Below, piece by piece: positions 35,726 through 43,709 of a stretch of 64,000 nucleotides of DNA. The position numbers were made by a program, and so were the translations under genes. Within the stretch, counting starts at the first letter, position 1. The number at the start of each line of letters is the position of its first letter. Origin of the DNA: a virus; the IMG/VR virus record IMGVR_UViG_3300037418_004082; one strand, given 5' to 3'. The notes beneath the pieces are model-generated. The model was not told the origin of the DNA. It searched no databases and saw nothing but the letters and a program-made list of their open reading frames with translations.

Positions 35726-36156
35726 AACTGCCCCCTATCATCGAGATCGGTGTGGCCGCCAACGATCGCAGCGACGACGCGCGCTGGCGGCTTAACTGGC
35801 TGATCGGCCTGTGGTTCGGCTGGACCTGGAGCCGCGACACCAACGAGTGGCTGTCGCCCGACGGAGACATCCACAAGCAGATGCCGGACTTCGTTCAGCA
35901 GCTCTCCACGTCGTACAACCTGTCGGCCACCGTCTACAAGCCAGGTACGCGTGTGCTCCTGGTACAGCTCGATGATGACGACCTGGACGACGGCCTGTGT
36001 CCCATCAAGCCTGGTGACGAGGGCGTGGTCTACGAGGACCGCGAGCAACTCAACGGTCCCGGCATCGCCGTGAAGTGGTTCATCGACGGCCGCGAGCAGT
36101 TGACGGCATGGACCGTGCCCGCGGAGTGCTTGGCCTTGGTCAGGAGAGTGGCATGA
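35722..36156 (+). CDS. Two-part protein: NinX/ABA-sandwich-like N-terminus and DUF4314-like C-terminus
   Basis: LIGLWFGW...W-x-x-P...MPDF; YKPGTRVLLVQLDD...IKPGDEGVV...IAVKW. Confidence 0.5.
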   Translation: MKLPPIIEIGVAANDRSDDARWRLNWLIGLWFGWTWSRDTNEWLSPDGDIHKQMPDFVQQLSTSYNLSATVYKPGTRVLLVQLDDDDLDDGLCPIKPGDEGVVYEDREQLNGPGIAVKWFIDGREQLTAWTVPAECLALVRRVA

Positions 36157-36473
36157 AGGTTAAGATTCTCGGTTGGGCCGAAGCCAAAGAGATGAAGCGC
36201 TTCGGGGACCCCAACGGCATAGCTCACCTGCAGGTGGTGGACGACGGCACCAACCTGGCGCGCTCCGCTTGCGGCACCACGGTGCCTACTTTCGGCCTGG
36301 TCACCAAGGAGCCGCGCCTGGGCGTCAGAAAGTGCGAGCGCTGCGAGGCCGCTCGTATCTGCACGAAGTGCGGCACGACCAAGAAGGTGGTCAGCGGCGA
36401 GGGGCCGCGTACCGGTAAGTACAAGCTCTGTTCGGACTGCTTCAAGCAGTTCATGGCGGAGCTGCCGCGATGA
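36153..36473 (+). CDS. Zinc-finger protein (H-C-CxxC plus two further CxxC)
   Basis: AHL...ACG...CERC...CTKC...CSDC. Confidence 0.8.
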   Translation: MKVKILGWAEAKEMKRFGDPNGIAHLQVVDDGTNLARSACGTTVPTFGLVTKEPRLGVRKCERCEAARICTKCGTTKKVVSGEGPRTGKYKLCSDCFKQFMAELPR

Positions 36474-36787
36474 CATACCGGCCCACATATGACCGCCTCA
36501 TCAAGCAGCACGAGCCTCAACTGATCGAAGACGAGTGGTTGCAAGACCACGTCGAACCCAAGCGCTTCCTCGTGCTCTACAACGTGGTGCACGACCCCAA
36601 CAACCCGGGCACGGACTTCGAAGAAGACCCCATGCACACCCAGGACGTGTCCACGCCCGCGGAGTTCTGGGAGATCGTTCGCACGGGCGAGCACATGGTG
36701 CCCGCCGAAGATCGGGGCTGGACCCGCGTGCACTTCGCCTACGACCTCGCCACCGGCACCCTGGTGACACCGGTGTTTTCAGGATAA
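36470..36787 (+). CDS. Hypothetical protein
   Basis: ATGA overlap. Confidence 0.75.
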   Translation: MTYRPTYDRLIKQHEPQLIEDEWLQDHVEPKRFLVLYNVVHDPNNPGTDFEEDPMHTQDVSTPAEFWEIVRTGEHMVPAEDRGWTRVHFAYDLATGTLVTPVFSG

Positions 36788-36831
36788 TCTCTATTATCTG
36801 CTCGCCTGGTATACAAGGAGTAAACAAGCCA

Positions 36832-37209
36832 ATGAGCCTCATGCACAAGTTGAGCCTGCAGACCATGCAGGAGAAGATTCTCACGGCCCTTCACAACATC
36901 GCCGTCAAGCACGATTGCGAACTGCTGTGGCCGTACCGTCTTGACATCGGACGGCCGCCCGTGAGCGGCAAGATCACCGTGCAACCTGTTGGTCAGTTGC
37001 GCACGGTCGCCACGATCGAGTACAAGATCGGCGAAACTGACGTGTACCTTCACGTGTCGGGACCTAGCGACAAGTACCCGGAGGGTAAGTTGGTGTACAA
37101 GAACACGGTGCCGTACACCAACAACATGGAGATGGGCAAGGCTCTTTCGTTCTTTGACGAGCACCTCATCTCGTTGTTGGTGACCCCATTCGAGCCCAAG
37201 TCGGAGTAG
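36832..37209 (+). CDS. Hypothetical protein
   Basis: SD AAGGAG. Confidence 0.75.
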   Translation: MSLMHKLSLQTMQEKILTALHNIAVKHDCELLWPYRLDIGRPPVSGKITVQPVGQLRTVATIEYKIGETDVYLHVSGPSDKYPEGKLVYKNTVPYTNNMEMGKALSFFDEHLISLLVTPFEPKSE

Positions 37210-37212
37210 GGC

Positions 37213-37722
37213 GTGCCTGCACATCCTCCTCTCGTTCCGCCCGGTCACGACGACCCGTCGGGACGACGCCTGTGGGAGTGGTTCCAGCCCTTCTGCATGT
37301 ACGAGCTGATCATCCGGCGCAACCGCCCCGACCGACCGAAGCCAGCGGACGGGTGGCTCACCGCGTCGCCGGAGATCATGCTCTTCGACGTCGTCTACCA
37401 CATGGGCAAGTTGACCAAGGCCGCCTTTGACGGCAACTGGCACGAGGTCATCCGGCAGTGCGCGAACTGTGCCAACGAGTTCGCGATGATCGCGGACATC
37501 GCGGAACACATCCTCAACGGCCCCAACGAGCCGATGCTGGGTGGCGACCGCGCACTGCCGCCCGACCAGGTAGCGGAACGCAAGCCTGGTGGCTGGTTGG
37601 TCGAGCCCGACGCCGCGAGCCCGGAGCCCGATTCCACGCAACCCGTGATGCAGCAGCCGCCCATCCCGGGTGCCTCACCGGCGCCCGCTCCCAGCCAGAT
37701 TCCTACCTGGCACCTGACTTGA
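37213..37722 (+). CDS. Hypothetical protein with a Pro-rich tail
   Basis: SD GGAG; GTG start. Confidence 0.7.
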   Translation: MPAHPPLVPPGHDDPSGRRLWEWFQPFCMYELIIRRNRPDRPKPADGWLTASPEIMLFDVVYHMGKLTKAAFDGNWHEVIRQCANCANEFAMIADIAEHILNGPNEPMLGGDRALPPDQVAERKPGGWLVEPDAASPEPDSTQPVMQQPPIPGASPAPAPSQIPTWHLT

Positions 37723-37724
37723 CC

Positions 37725-37946
37725 ATGTACATCAAGACCAACGTGGTCGGCAAGGATCGCGAGATTCTTGTCACGGACATTCACGGTAACTGGCACGTGG
37801 TTCACGTGCTGCCAGATGGTGCGGACTTACACCAATTCGCAATCGACCGCGCTATCACACGCTTTTTCGATCAATCGTCGTGGGAGTACATCAAAACGGA
37901 TGGTGCTCCAGACTCCCTGTCACCCACTATCAACAAAGGAGAGTAA
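37725..37946 (+). CDS. Hypothetical protein
   Basis: Fills the gap; MYIKTN start. Confidence 0.65.
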   Translation: MYIKTNVVGKDREILVTDIHGNWHVVHVLPDGADLHQFAIDRAITRFFDQSSWEYIKTDGAPDSLSPTINKGE

Positions 37947-37949
37947 GGT

Positions 37950-38840
37950 ATGCCTTACAGCGAAAAGGTTTCCGAGCAGATCATCGGCACGTTCATGGTG
38001 CGCAGCACGTTGCACATTGACGAAGACGTCGAAGATCCCATGACGTTCAGCGACTGCAACGGCACGCTCCATCGGTTCGAGCGTGGCGGGTACGGTCACA
38101 ACGACCAGATTCACGAAACCTACAAGGACGACCCGTTCGCCCTGCGCATCCAGCGGTTCGAGCACGGTAACGTGGTGTACTCGCTGGCCGGCGAGGGCCC
38201 GCAGTGCGAGTTCGACACCACCAAGTACGCGGGCTACTGGGTCTGCGATGGGAACTGCCGCGCAAACTACGATTCCGTGCTCGCGGAGAAGGGGTTGTTC
38301 GAGGCGCAGAAGTGGCTGCGCGAGGCGGGTCGCACCATCCTGGAGGAGTTCACCTCCTGGGCCAACGGAGACTGCTGGAGCACCGACGTCCAGGTCTTCG
38401 AGAACGGCGAAGAGCTGGAGGAACTGCGGGACCAGTGCGGCGGCTACGTCGGCCGCTCCTACGCCGAAACGTGCCTCAAGGAGTCGGCCGACGTGGTCAC
38501 CAAGCAAGTCGAGGCGATGATCGCCCGCCGGCTCGCCCGCCTCAAGCACTGGCTCGCCAAACACGGAATCTACACGGTCAGCGACCACGATGTGGAGCCG
38601 GTGCGGCGCTACCTCTACACGATCAAGGCCCGGGAGATGACCTTCGGGCCCCAGTATCGGTATGGCAACCAGGACACGGCAGAGCAGTGCCTGGCCATGT
38701 GCAACATGAACCAGCAGGACCAGCTCGTGCAGCTCGTGGACCTGGACGGCAAGGGGCCCGACGGATACGGCGCGCCCGTACCCTTCCAGATCGGCTACAC
38801 GCTGGCCGTGCGGTCGGAGGCGGTGCAGTCGTCGTGCTAA
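37950..38840 (+). CDS. Hypothetical protein
   Basis: SD AAAGGAG; 296 aa. Confidence 0.8.
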   Translation: MPYSEKVSEQIIGTFMVRSTLHIDEDVEDPMTFSDCNGTLHRFERGGYGHNDQIHETYKDDPFALRIQRFEHGNVVYSLAGEGPQCEFDTTKYAGYWVCDGNCRANYDSVLAEKGLFEAQKWLREAGRTILEEFTSWANGDCWSTDVQVFENGEELEELRDQCGGYVGRSYAETCLKESADVVTKQVEAMIARRLARLKHWLAKHGIYTVSDHDVEPVRRYLYTIKAREMTFGPQYRYGNQDTAEQCLAMCNMNQQDQLVQLVDLDGKGPDGYGAPVPFQIGYTLAVRSEAVQSSC

Positions 38841-39094
38841 TTCACCGCCCTGGTCCCCAGCGGGACTCCAACGACCCGGCCACGAAAGCCATCTACCGCG
38901 CCTGGGACAACCCGGGCGTGATCGTCAAGGCGCTTGTCATCTGTCAAGAGCGTCGGTTCCTACGACCTGTCGGAACGGATGTCGTGAACGAGCTGGCGTA
39001 CAACTTCCGTTCGTTCGATTGGTCACCGATTCACACCTACAAGGTCACGCCGGATGACGTGATCGAATACGTGAAGATGGAGCGTAACAAGTGA
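38834..39094 (+). CDS. Hypothetical protein
   Basis: SD GGAGG; GTG start. Confidence 0.7.
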   Translation: MLIHRPGPQRDSNDPATKAIYRAWDNPGVIVKALVICQERRFLRPVGTDVVNELAYNFRSFDWSPIHTYKVTPDDVIEYVKMERNK

Positions 39095-39606
39095 GCTTGA
39101 CGTATCTCGAAGAGATGAAGCACCAGGCAGAGCGCCTGGAGGCCGAAGGTTTCACGGTCAAGATGACGGAGTTGTTCACCAAGCGCATCGAAGAGCTTGG
39201 TCGCGCTCCCGACGACTGGGACTTCGCCGACTGCTCCGACCATCTGCTGATCGAGGTGTCGCGCGGCGACCTCTCGATCTTGGCCTACTCAAGCGGCGAG
39301 CGCCACCTGGCCATGCACGAGCTGCTGGGACCGAACAGCGCTGCGGAGGTCGGCGAGTGGCGCAACGACCGTATCCCGGAAGCGGAGTTGGCGCTCTTCC
39401 GCCACTTCGGCGACGGCGTCGAGTTCGAGCTGCTGGGCGCCCGCAAGTTCCAGTTCACGGTGCACCTCAACGGCTGGTTCGAGCACTTCCGTTTCGACCG
39501 CAACGAGCAGGCCAACGACGGCGTGGTGAACGACGCCTGCCCTACGCCGAACCTGCTCGCCGACGAGATCATCGCGTGGGAAAACGAAGAGAAGGAGAAC
39601 GTCTAA
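39091..39606 (+). CDS. Acidic hypothetical protein
   Basis: GTGA overlap. Confidence 0.75.
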   Translation: MSLTYLEEMKHQAERLEAEGFTVKMTELFTKRIEELGRAPDDWDFADCSDHLLIEVSRGDLSILAYSSGERHLAMHELLGPNSAAEVGEWRNDRIPEAELALFRHFGDGVEFELLGARKFQFTVHLNGWFEHFRFDRNEQANDGVVNDACPTPNLLADEIIAWENEEKENV

Positions 39607-39608
39607 CG

Positions 39609-40028
39609 ATGCCCCTTTACATCTACACCGAAAAGTGTCGTGACGAGCACGAGCTGAAGGGTCCCCAGTTCACGGCCGGCGAGTTCCCCGGCTTCTCGCC
39701 GCTCGTGCAGACGATGACCCTGCTGTCGATGACGGCGGGTCTGTACGAGCTGACGACGAAGAACGTGGACGAGTGGATCTTCCGCGCCAAGGTGCTCGCG
39801 GACACGGGTCTGCGGCTCGTGTGCCGGCGTGAAGGCGACGACCGTCCCGACCACATCACCCGCCAGGAGATCGAGCGCCTGGTGGGCTTCCGCACCAACG
39901 CCAGCTCGATGAGCCGCGCGGAGTTCAAGAAGAACGTGTGGCTGCACCTGGAGCGCGAGGCGAACGCCTACGTGCGGCGTTCGAAGGAAGACGCGCCGCC
40001 CGCGAGCCTGGCCCCGGCCCTGAAGTAG
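39609..40028 (+). CDS. Hypothetical protein with a C-terminal SLAPALK
   Basis: SD AAGGAG; LSMTAGLYELTTKNVDEW. Confidence 0.8.
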   Translation: MPLYIYTEKCRDEHELKGPQFTAGEFPGFSPLVQTMTLLSMTAGLYELTTKNVDEWIFRAKVLADTGLRLVCRREGDDRPDHITRQEIERLVGFRTNASSMSRAEFKKNVWLHLEREANAYVRRSKEDAPPASLAPALK

Positions 40029-40042
40029 AGGAGACCATAACC

Positions 40043-40441
40043 ATGGTAGACATCGGCATCACCGTTCGCAACGCCATCCGAGCCCTGCAGCGCCCGGACA
40101 CCACCATGTCCGCAGACGCGAAGCGCTCGCTGGAGGACATGCTGCGCCTGATCGCGCAGCAGAACCCCACCGATCAGGAGATCCAGGACGCCATCGACGC
40201 CTACCTGGAGCCGCCTCGACCCGTAAAATTCGTCGTCGAGTTCACCGCGATGGTGCCGAACGGCGACTTGAGCAAGGCCGACTGGCTTCGCAAGGACCTG
40301 GCCATGAAGCTCAACACCCACATGGAGACCGGTGCCCCCGCGGCCCCCACGATCGACGTGCTGGGGGAGCTGCGCGCCCAGGACCTGGAGCTTACCCGGA
40401 TCCGCGTGACCGAGAGCATGGTGGTCGAAGATGCCCGCTAG
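40043..40441 (+). CDS. Hypothetical protein
   Basis: SD GAGGAG. Confidence 0.8.
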   Translation: MVDIGITVRNAIRALQRPDTTMSADAKRSLEDMLRLIAQQNPTDQEIQDAIDAYLEPPRPVKFVVEFTAMVPNGDLSKADWLRKDLAMKLNTHMETGAPAAPTIDVLGELRAQDLELTRIRVTESMVVEDAR

Positions 40442-40682
40442 GGGCCATTCGCCACGCACCATCCTTGGTTGTCGCCGCGAGCCCGAACCCGACGAAGCGG
40501 CCCGCGGCGCGGAGGTGGTCTTCGTGCGGCTCGACCACAACGGCAACGAGGTCAACATCCTGGCCTTCCTCACGGAGGACGGCCAGTATTCCCAGTACGG
40601 CGCAGACGCCGACACGTTGTGGGACAACGTGCCCGACGTCGAAGAGTGGCGTGAAGAACGCCTAGAGGAGTTGGCACCTTGA
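40431..40682 (+). CDS. Hypothetical protein
   Basis: Overlap coupling. Confidence 0.7.
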   Translation: MPARGHSPRTILGCRREPEPDEAARGAEVVFVRLDHNGNEVNILAFLTEDGQYSQYGADADTLWDNVPDVEEWREERLEELAP

Positions 40683-41089
40683 CACGTTTGATGACACACA
40701 ATACCGATACCGCGCACATCACTGACGAACACGGCTCGCTCTGCCGCCGCTTCGACACGAGTGGGCGATGGGTCAAGCCCAATGAACGTGAAGGTGTACA
40801 TTACAACATTTGTAAGGCGTGCGAGAAAGCTAACGACAAGGAGACGAAGCGCCGCGAGGAGCGAGACCACCAAGTCAAAGCCGATCGCGAAATCGTCGGT
40901 GACGACCACCATCGGTTGGCGAGACTTGCCAACGCCTACCTCGACGCAATCGACGAGAAGGACGATAGCCCTTCGATTCGCCTCACGCGATCGGAGCGTG
41001 CCATCGCCGTCGCGGAGTTCCTGCAGTTCGCTTTGGGCTTCGAGATATACGTCAACGAGCCAAAGAACGGTCCGGCCACGTTGTCCTAG
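40679..41089 (+). CDS. Zinc-finger protein (H-C-CxxC)
   Basis: AHI...LC...CKAC; SD GAGGAG. Confidence 0.75.
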   Translation: MTRLMTHNTDTAHITDEHGSLCRRFDTSGRWVKPNEREGVHYNICKACEKANDKETKRREERDHQVKADREIVGDDHHRLARLANAYLDAIDEKDDSPSIRLTRSERAIAVAEFLQFALGFEIYVNEPKNGPATLS

Positions 41090-41141
41090 CGGTATGACAT
41101 CTCGCGCACAGCGCCATTTTTGTGCCGTTTTGTAAACAAGC

Positions 41142-41169
41142 TTGACGAATTGTGGTTGTCTGTTACAAT
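41142..41169 (+). promoter_or_regulatory. Strong sigma70-type promoter with extended -10
   Basis: TTGACG-16 nt-TACAAT with TGn directly upstream of the -10. Confidence 0.75.
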
Positions 41170-41264
41170 CGGTGTTAACCTTTATAAATGCCTCCGACGC
41201 AGGGTGTTCGAAACCCATCAAACGAACATCGGATGTTAGAGGCAATCTGAAAAGGATAGAACCA

Positions 41265-41447
41265 TTGCTACGTCAACCACACCGTCGGGTCACGTACACG
41301 CGAATCACAACGAAGCAAGTGATCACGCAGCGCCCCGCGGACGACGACCGACCAATACCGACATCACTATTCCGTTCCATCACCGATTACGCACGCACCG
41401 AGTTTGTCGAATTAGACGACGCCGTCCGACGGTACTTCGGCACGTGA
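41265..41447 (+). CDS. Small hypothetical protein (60 aa)
   Basis: SD AAAAGGA before TTG 41265. Confidence 0.55.
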   Translation: MLRQPHRRVTYTRITTKQVITQRPADDDRPIPTSLFRSITDYARTEFVELDDAVRRYFGT

Positions 41448-41465
41448 AACAACAAGCGTGACGTG

Positions 41466-41474
41466 TGGTACAAT
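41466..41474 (+). promoter_or_regulatory. Extended -10 promoter upstream of the SpoVS-like gene
   Basis: TGG-TACAAT; no convincing -35. Confidence 0.5.
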
Positions 41475-41570
41475 GTAGTCACAACGACCACCGCCACGAC
41501 GCGCCACCGAAGTCACACAGCACGATCAATCGGTTACCTGTTGGATCACCTTCAAGAAGAGGAGCGTCAC

Positions 41571-41945
41571 ATGACCGCCCACGCCGAACAATTCGAAGAG
41601 TTCGAGGTGCACGAAGTGCCCACGAACGGCCCGGTTCCGATGAACCGCGCGTTCAGGGCATCCGTGGTGCCCGCGAAGCAACCGCCGAAGCCTCTCAAGG
41701 TCAGCTCGCACAGCGACGTCGGCCCTCTGGCCGGTGCGATCACCGAAACTATGAAGCGCCACGGCGCCTGCGAGATGCGCGCCATCGGCGCGGCCGCGGT
41801 CAACCAGGCGATGAAGGCTCTCGCCATCAGCCGGGGCCAGCTCGTTACCTCCGGCATCGACGTCGTGATGCGACCGTCGTTCTACGAGACGGTCATCGAA
41901 GGCCGTCCCATGAGCGGGTTGAGCTTCATCCTCGACTGCGCCTAG
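41571..41945 (+). CDS. spoVS: SpoVS-family (Alba-like) protein with a ~40 aa N-terminal extension
   Basis: LKVSSHSDVGPLAGAI...EMRAIGAAAVNQAMKALAISRG...PSF; SD GAGGAG. Confidence 0.9.
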   Translation: MTAHAEQFEEFEVHEVPTNGPVPMNRAFRASVVPAKQPPKPLKVSSHSDVGPLAGAITETMKRHGACEMRAIGAAAVNQAMKALAISRGQLVTSGIDVVMRPSFYETVIEGRPMSGLSFILDCA

Positions 41946-42529
41946 TCTTCGTTCCCTGCGTCAGCCATCGACTCCTCGTCGCCTTCGGGCGGCGGGGAGT
42001 CGATGTTTCCGGCCTCTTTTCTTTTAGCTTCCCGGGCCAGGGCGTCGCTGTGGGCGCCGCGCAGCAGGGCGAAGATCGTGGGGTCGATCACGTCGCCGCG
42101 CTCGTACCGCTTCTGGACGGTCTGGATCAGGTTGTGGATGCTCTTGGAAGGCGTGTCGGCCAGCACGGCCGCGACCGTCGTGGCGTCCTCCTCCTGGGCC
42201 TTGCGCGCGAGCAACGGCTGGTGTTGGCGCGCGGCCACGAAGGTGAAGGTCCTGCCCTTGTAGCTGACCACGTAGGAGCCCGTAGAAGCGTCCCAGGCCA
42301 GCGAGGGCTTGTACCGGGTGGGGACGAACCGTCCGACCCCCTTCACGGTCAAGCTGTCGCCGTTCGCGAGCACCTCCAGGAAGGTCGCCCAGAACGTCTC
42401 CATGATCAGCTCGACGTCGGCGGCCCGGAAGCCCGTCCGCTTGCTCACGATCTTGGCGAGGCCGTGGCCGGTGACGGTCTTGTTCGGGTCGGCGGGCTCC
42501 GTGGCCTTCCAGCGGCGTACGCGGGGCAT
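41942..42529 (-). CDS. HU/IHF-family DNA-binding protein with a C-terminal extension
   Basis: LAKIVSKRTGFRAADVELIMETF...GDSLTVKGVGRF...AWDASTG...FTF. Confidence 0.8.
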   Translation of the reverse strand: MPRVRRWKATEPADPNKTVTGHGLAKIVSKRTGFRAADVELIMETFWATFLEVLANGDSLTVKGVGRFVPTRYKPSLAWDASTGSYVVSYKGRTFTFVAARQHQPLLARKAQEEDATTVAAVLADTPSKSIHNLIQTVQKRYERGDVIDPTIFALLRGAHSDALAREAKRKEAGNIDSPPPEGDEESMADAGNED

Positions 42530-42542
42530 GGGTAGGTCCTCC

Positions 42543-43346
42543 TTAAACGATCTCGATGGCTTCCGCTTCGATCGTCGCCTTGCCGATGATGTGCTGCTCG
42601 ACAGGCGCCGTCATCAGCTTCATGGCGAAGCTGTGCAGGAAGTTGTCCTTGGTCTTGTTCAGGTCGAAACGCATGATGGTCTCGGCCAACTTGTGCACGC
42701 TCATCGACGCCGTCGTGAACATGTTCATCGTTGCTTGCAGACGCTTGAACGCCTCGTCGTCGTGCACGTTAATAAGCGTTTCGATGCTACGTGCAGAGTT
42801 GCCAAAGGCCATCATGTAGCGGTAGTTCATCGTGAGTGCGTCTTGTAATGCTTTACCTGGCTCGACTTGCTCTTCGCCCGATGTGGAGGCGAAGAAGCGC
42901 AGGTCGTCGTACGAGAACGTGAGAATGCGTCGCAACGACTCCGCGTGCATCGGGTCGCGACGGAACAAACCATCCAGGTACGCGAAACGATCCGTGGGTG
43001 ATTCGAACACCTTGATGTCGAAGAACAGGTCCGCGTAAGCTTGCACGACGGCCAGCTCGTCCGTCATCTGCAGCAAGTCCGCGGCCTTCTCGTAGTCGAG
43101 CGTCGCGAGCAGCATGGCGTCCATCACGAACCGGATCGCCGGCTGCTGGAACTTGAGGAGGGCGCGCACCACGGCGGGGTCGGGTGGCGGCGCCTTCTTG
43201 CCCTTGGGCCGCGGCGGGGGCTTGACCACGTTCACCAGCAGCTCGCTGATCGCGTCGGGCTTGGGCAGCATCTTGAGCCCGTCCTCGTGGCTGGGCATCT
43301 GGATCTGCGGCGCGACCCGGTTGTAGCGATGGCGGGGAGACAGCAT
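42543..43346 (-). CDS. Conserved hypothetical protein of the late operon
   Basis: RFVMDAMLL...VQAYADLFFD; co-oriented with structural genes. Confidence 0.75.
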   Translation of the reverse strand: MLSPRHRYNRVAPQIQMPSHEDGLKMLPKPDAISELLVNVVKPPPRPKGKKAPPPDPAVVRALLKFQQPAIRFVMDAMLLATLDYEKAADLLQMTDELAVVQAYADLFFDIKVFESPTDRFAYLDGLFRRDPMHAESLRRILTFSYDDLRFFASTSGEEQVEPGKALQDALTMNYRYMMAFGNSARSIETLINVHDDEAFKRLQATMNMFTTASMSVHKLAETIMRFDLNKTKDNFLHSFAMKLMTAPVEQHIIGKATIEAEAIEIV

Positions 43347-43355
43347 GCGGCGGGG

Positions 43356-43706
43356 TTAGTCCTCGTCGCCGTCCTCTTCGTGGTCGTCCTCGCCCTGGTC
43401 GGGGTCGGGCTGCGCGGGAGGCGAAAGTAGTGCGGTCTGCGGCGCGGCGAGGTTGCGCGGCTTGATGCGGTAGCGGACGACCACCACCATTGTAGCCGCA
43501 ACGTAGTCTATTTCAACCCCCTGCCGATCGAAGGTGCGCTTCTCTTGCGTGCGGGTGACGTCTTCCTTGACGATCTCCAGGGTGTGCTGGTTCTGCGCGA
43601 TCAGCTCGTTGTAAGCCTTCAGCTCCCGGCCATCGTACAGGTCGAACACGCCGACCTGCTCGATGGCATCGGGTTCCTGGTAGCTCTTCCGCGGCAGAAA
43701 GAGCAC
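43356..43706 (-). CDS. Hypothetical protein
   Basis: VFDL...YNEL...VVRY; SD GGGG/GGT region. Confidence 0.7.
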   Translation of the reverse strand: MLFLPRKSYQEPDAIEQVGVFDLYDGRELKAYNELIAQNQHTLEIVKEDVTRTQEKRTFDRQGVEIDYVAATMVVVVRYRIKPRNLAAPQTALLSPPAQPDPDQGEDDHEEDGDED

Positions 43707-43709
43707 GTG

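Noticed and set aside
41202-41216. GGGT-GTTCGAA-ACCC resembling a tRNA T-arm
   Set aside because: No acceptor, D or anticodon arms at tRNA spacing; better explained by the longer hairpin.
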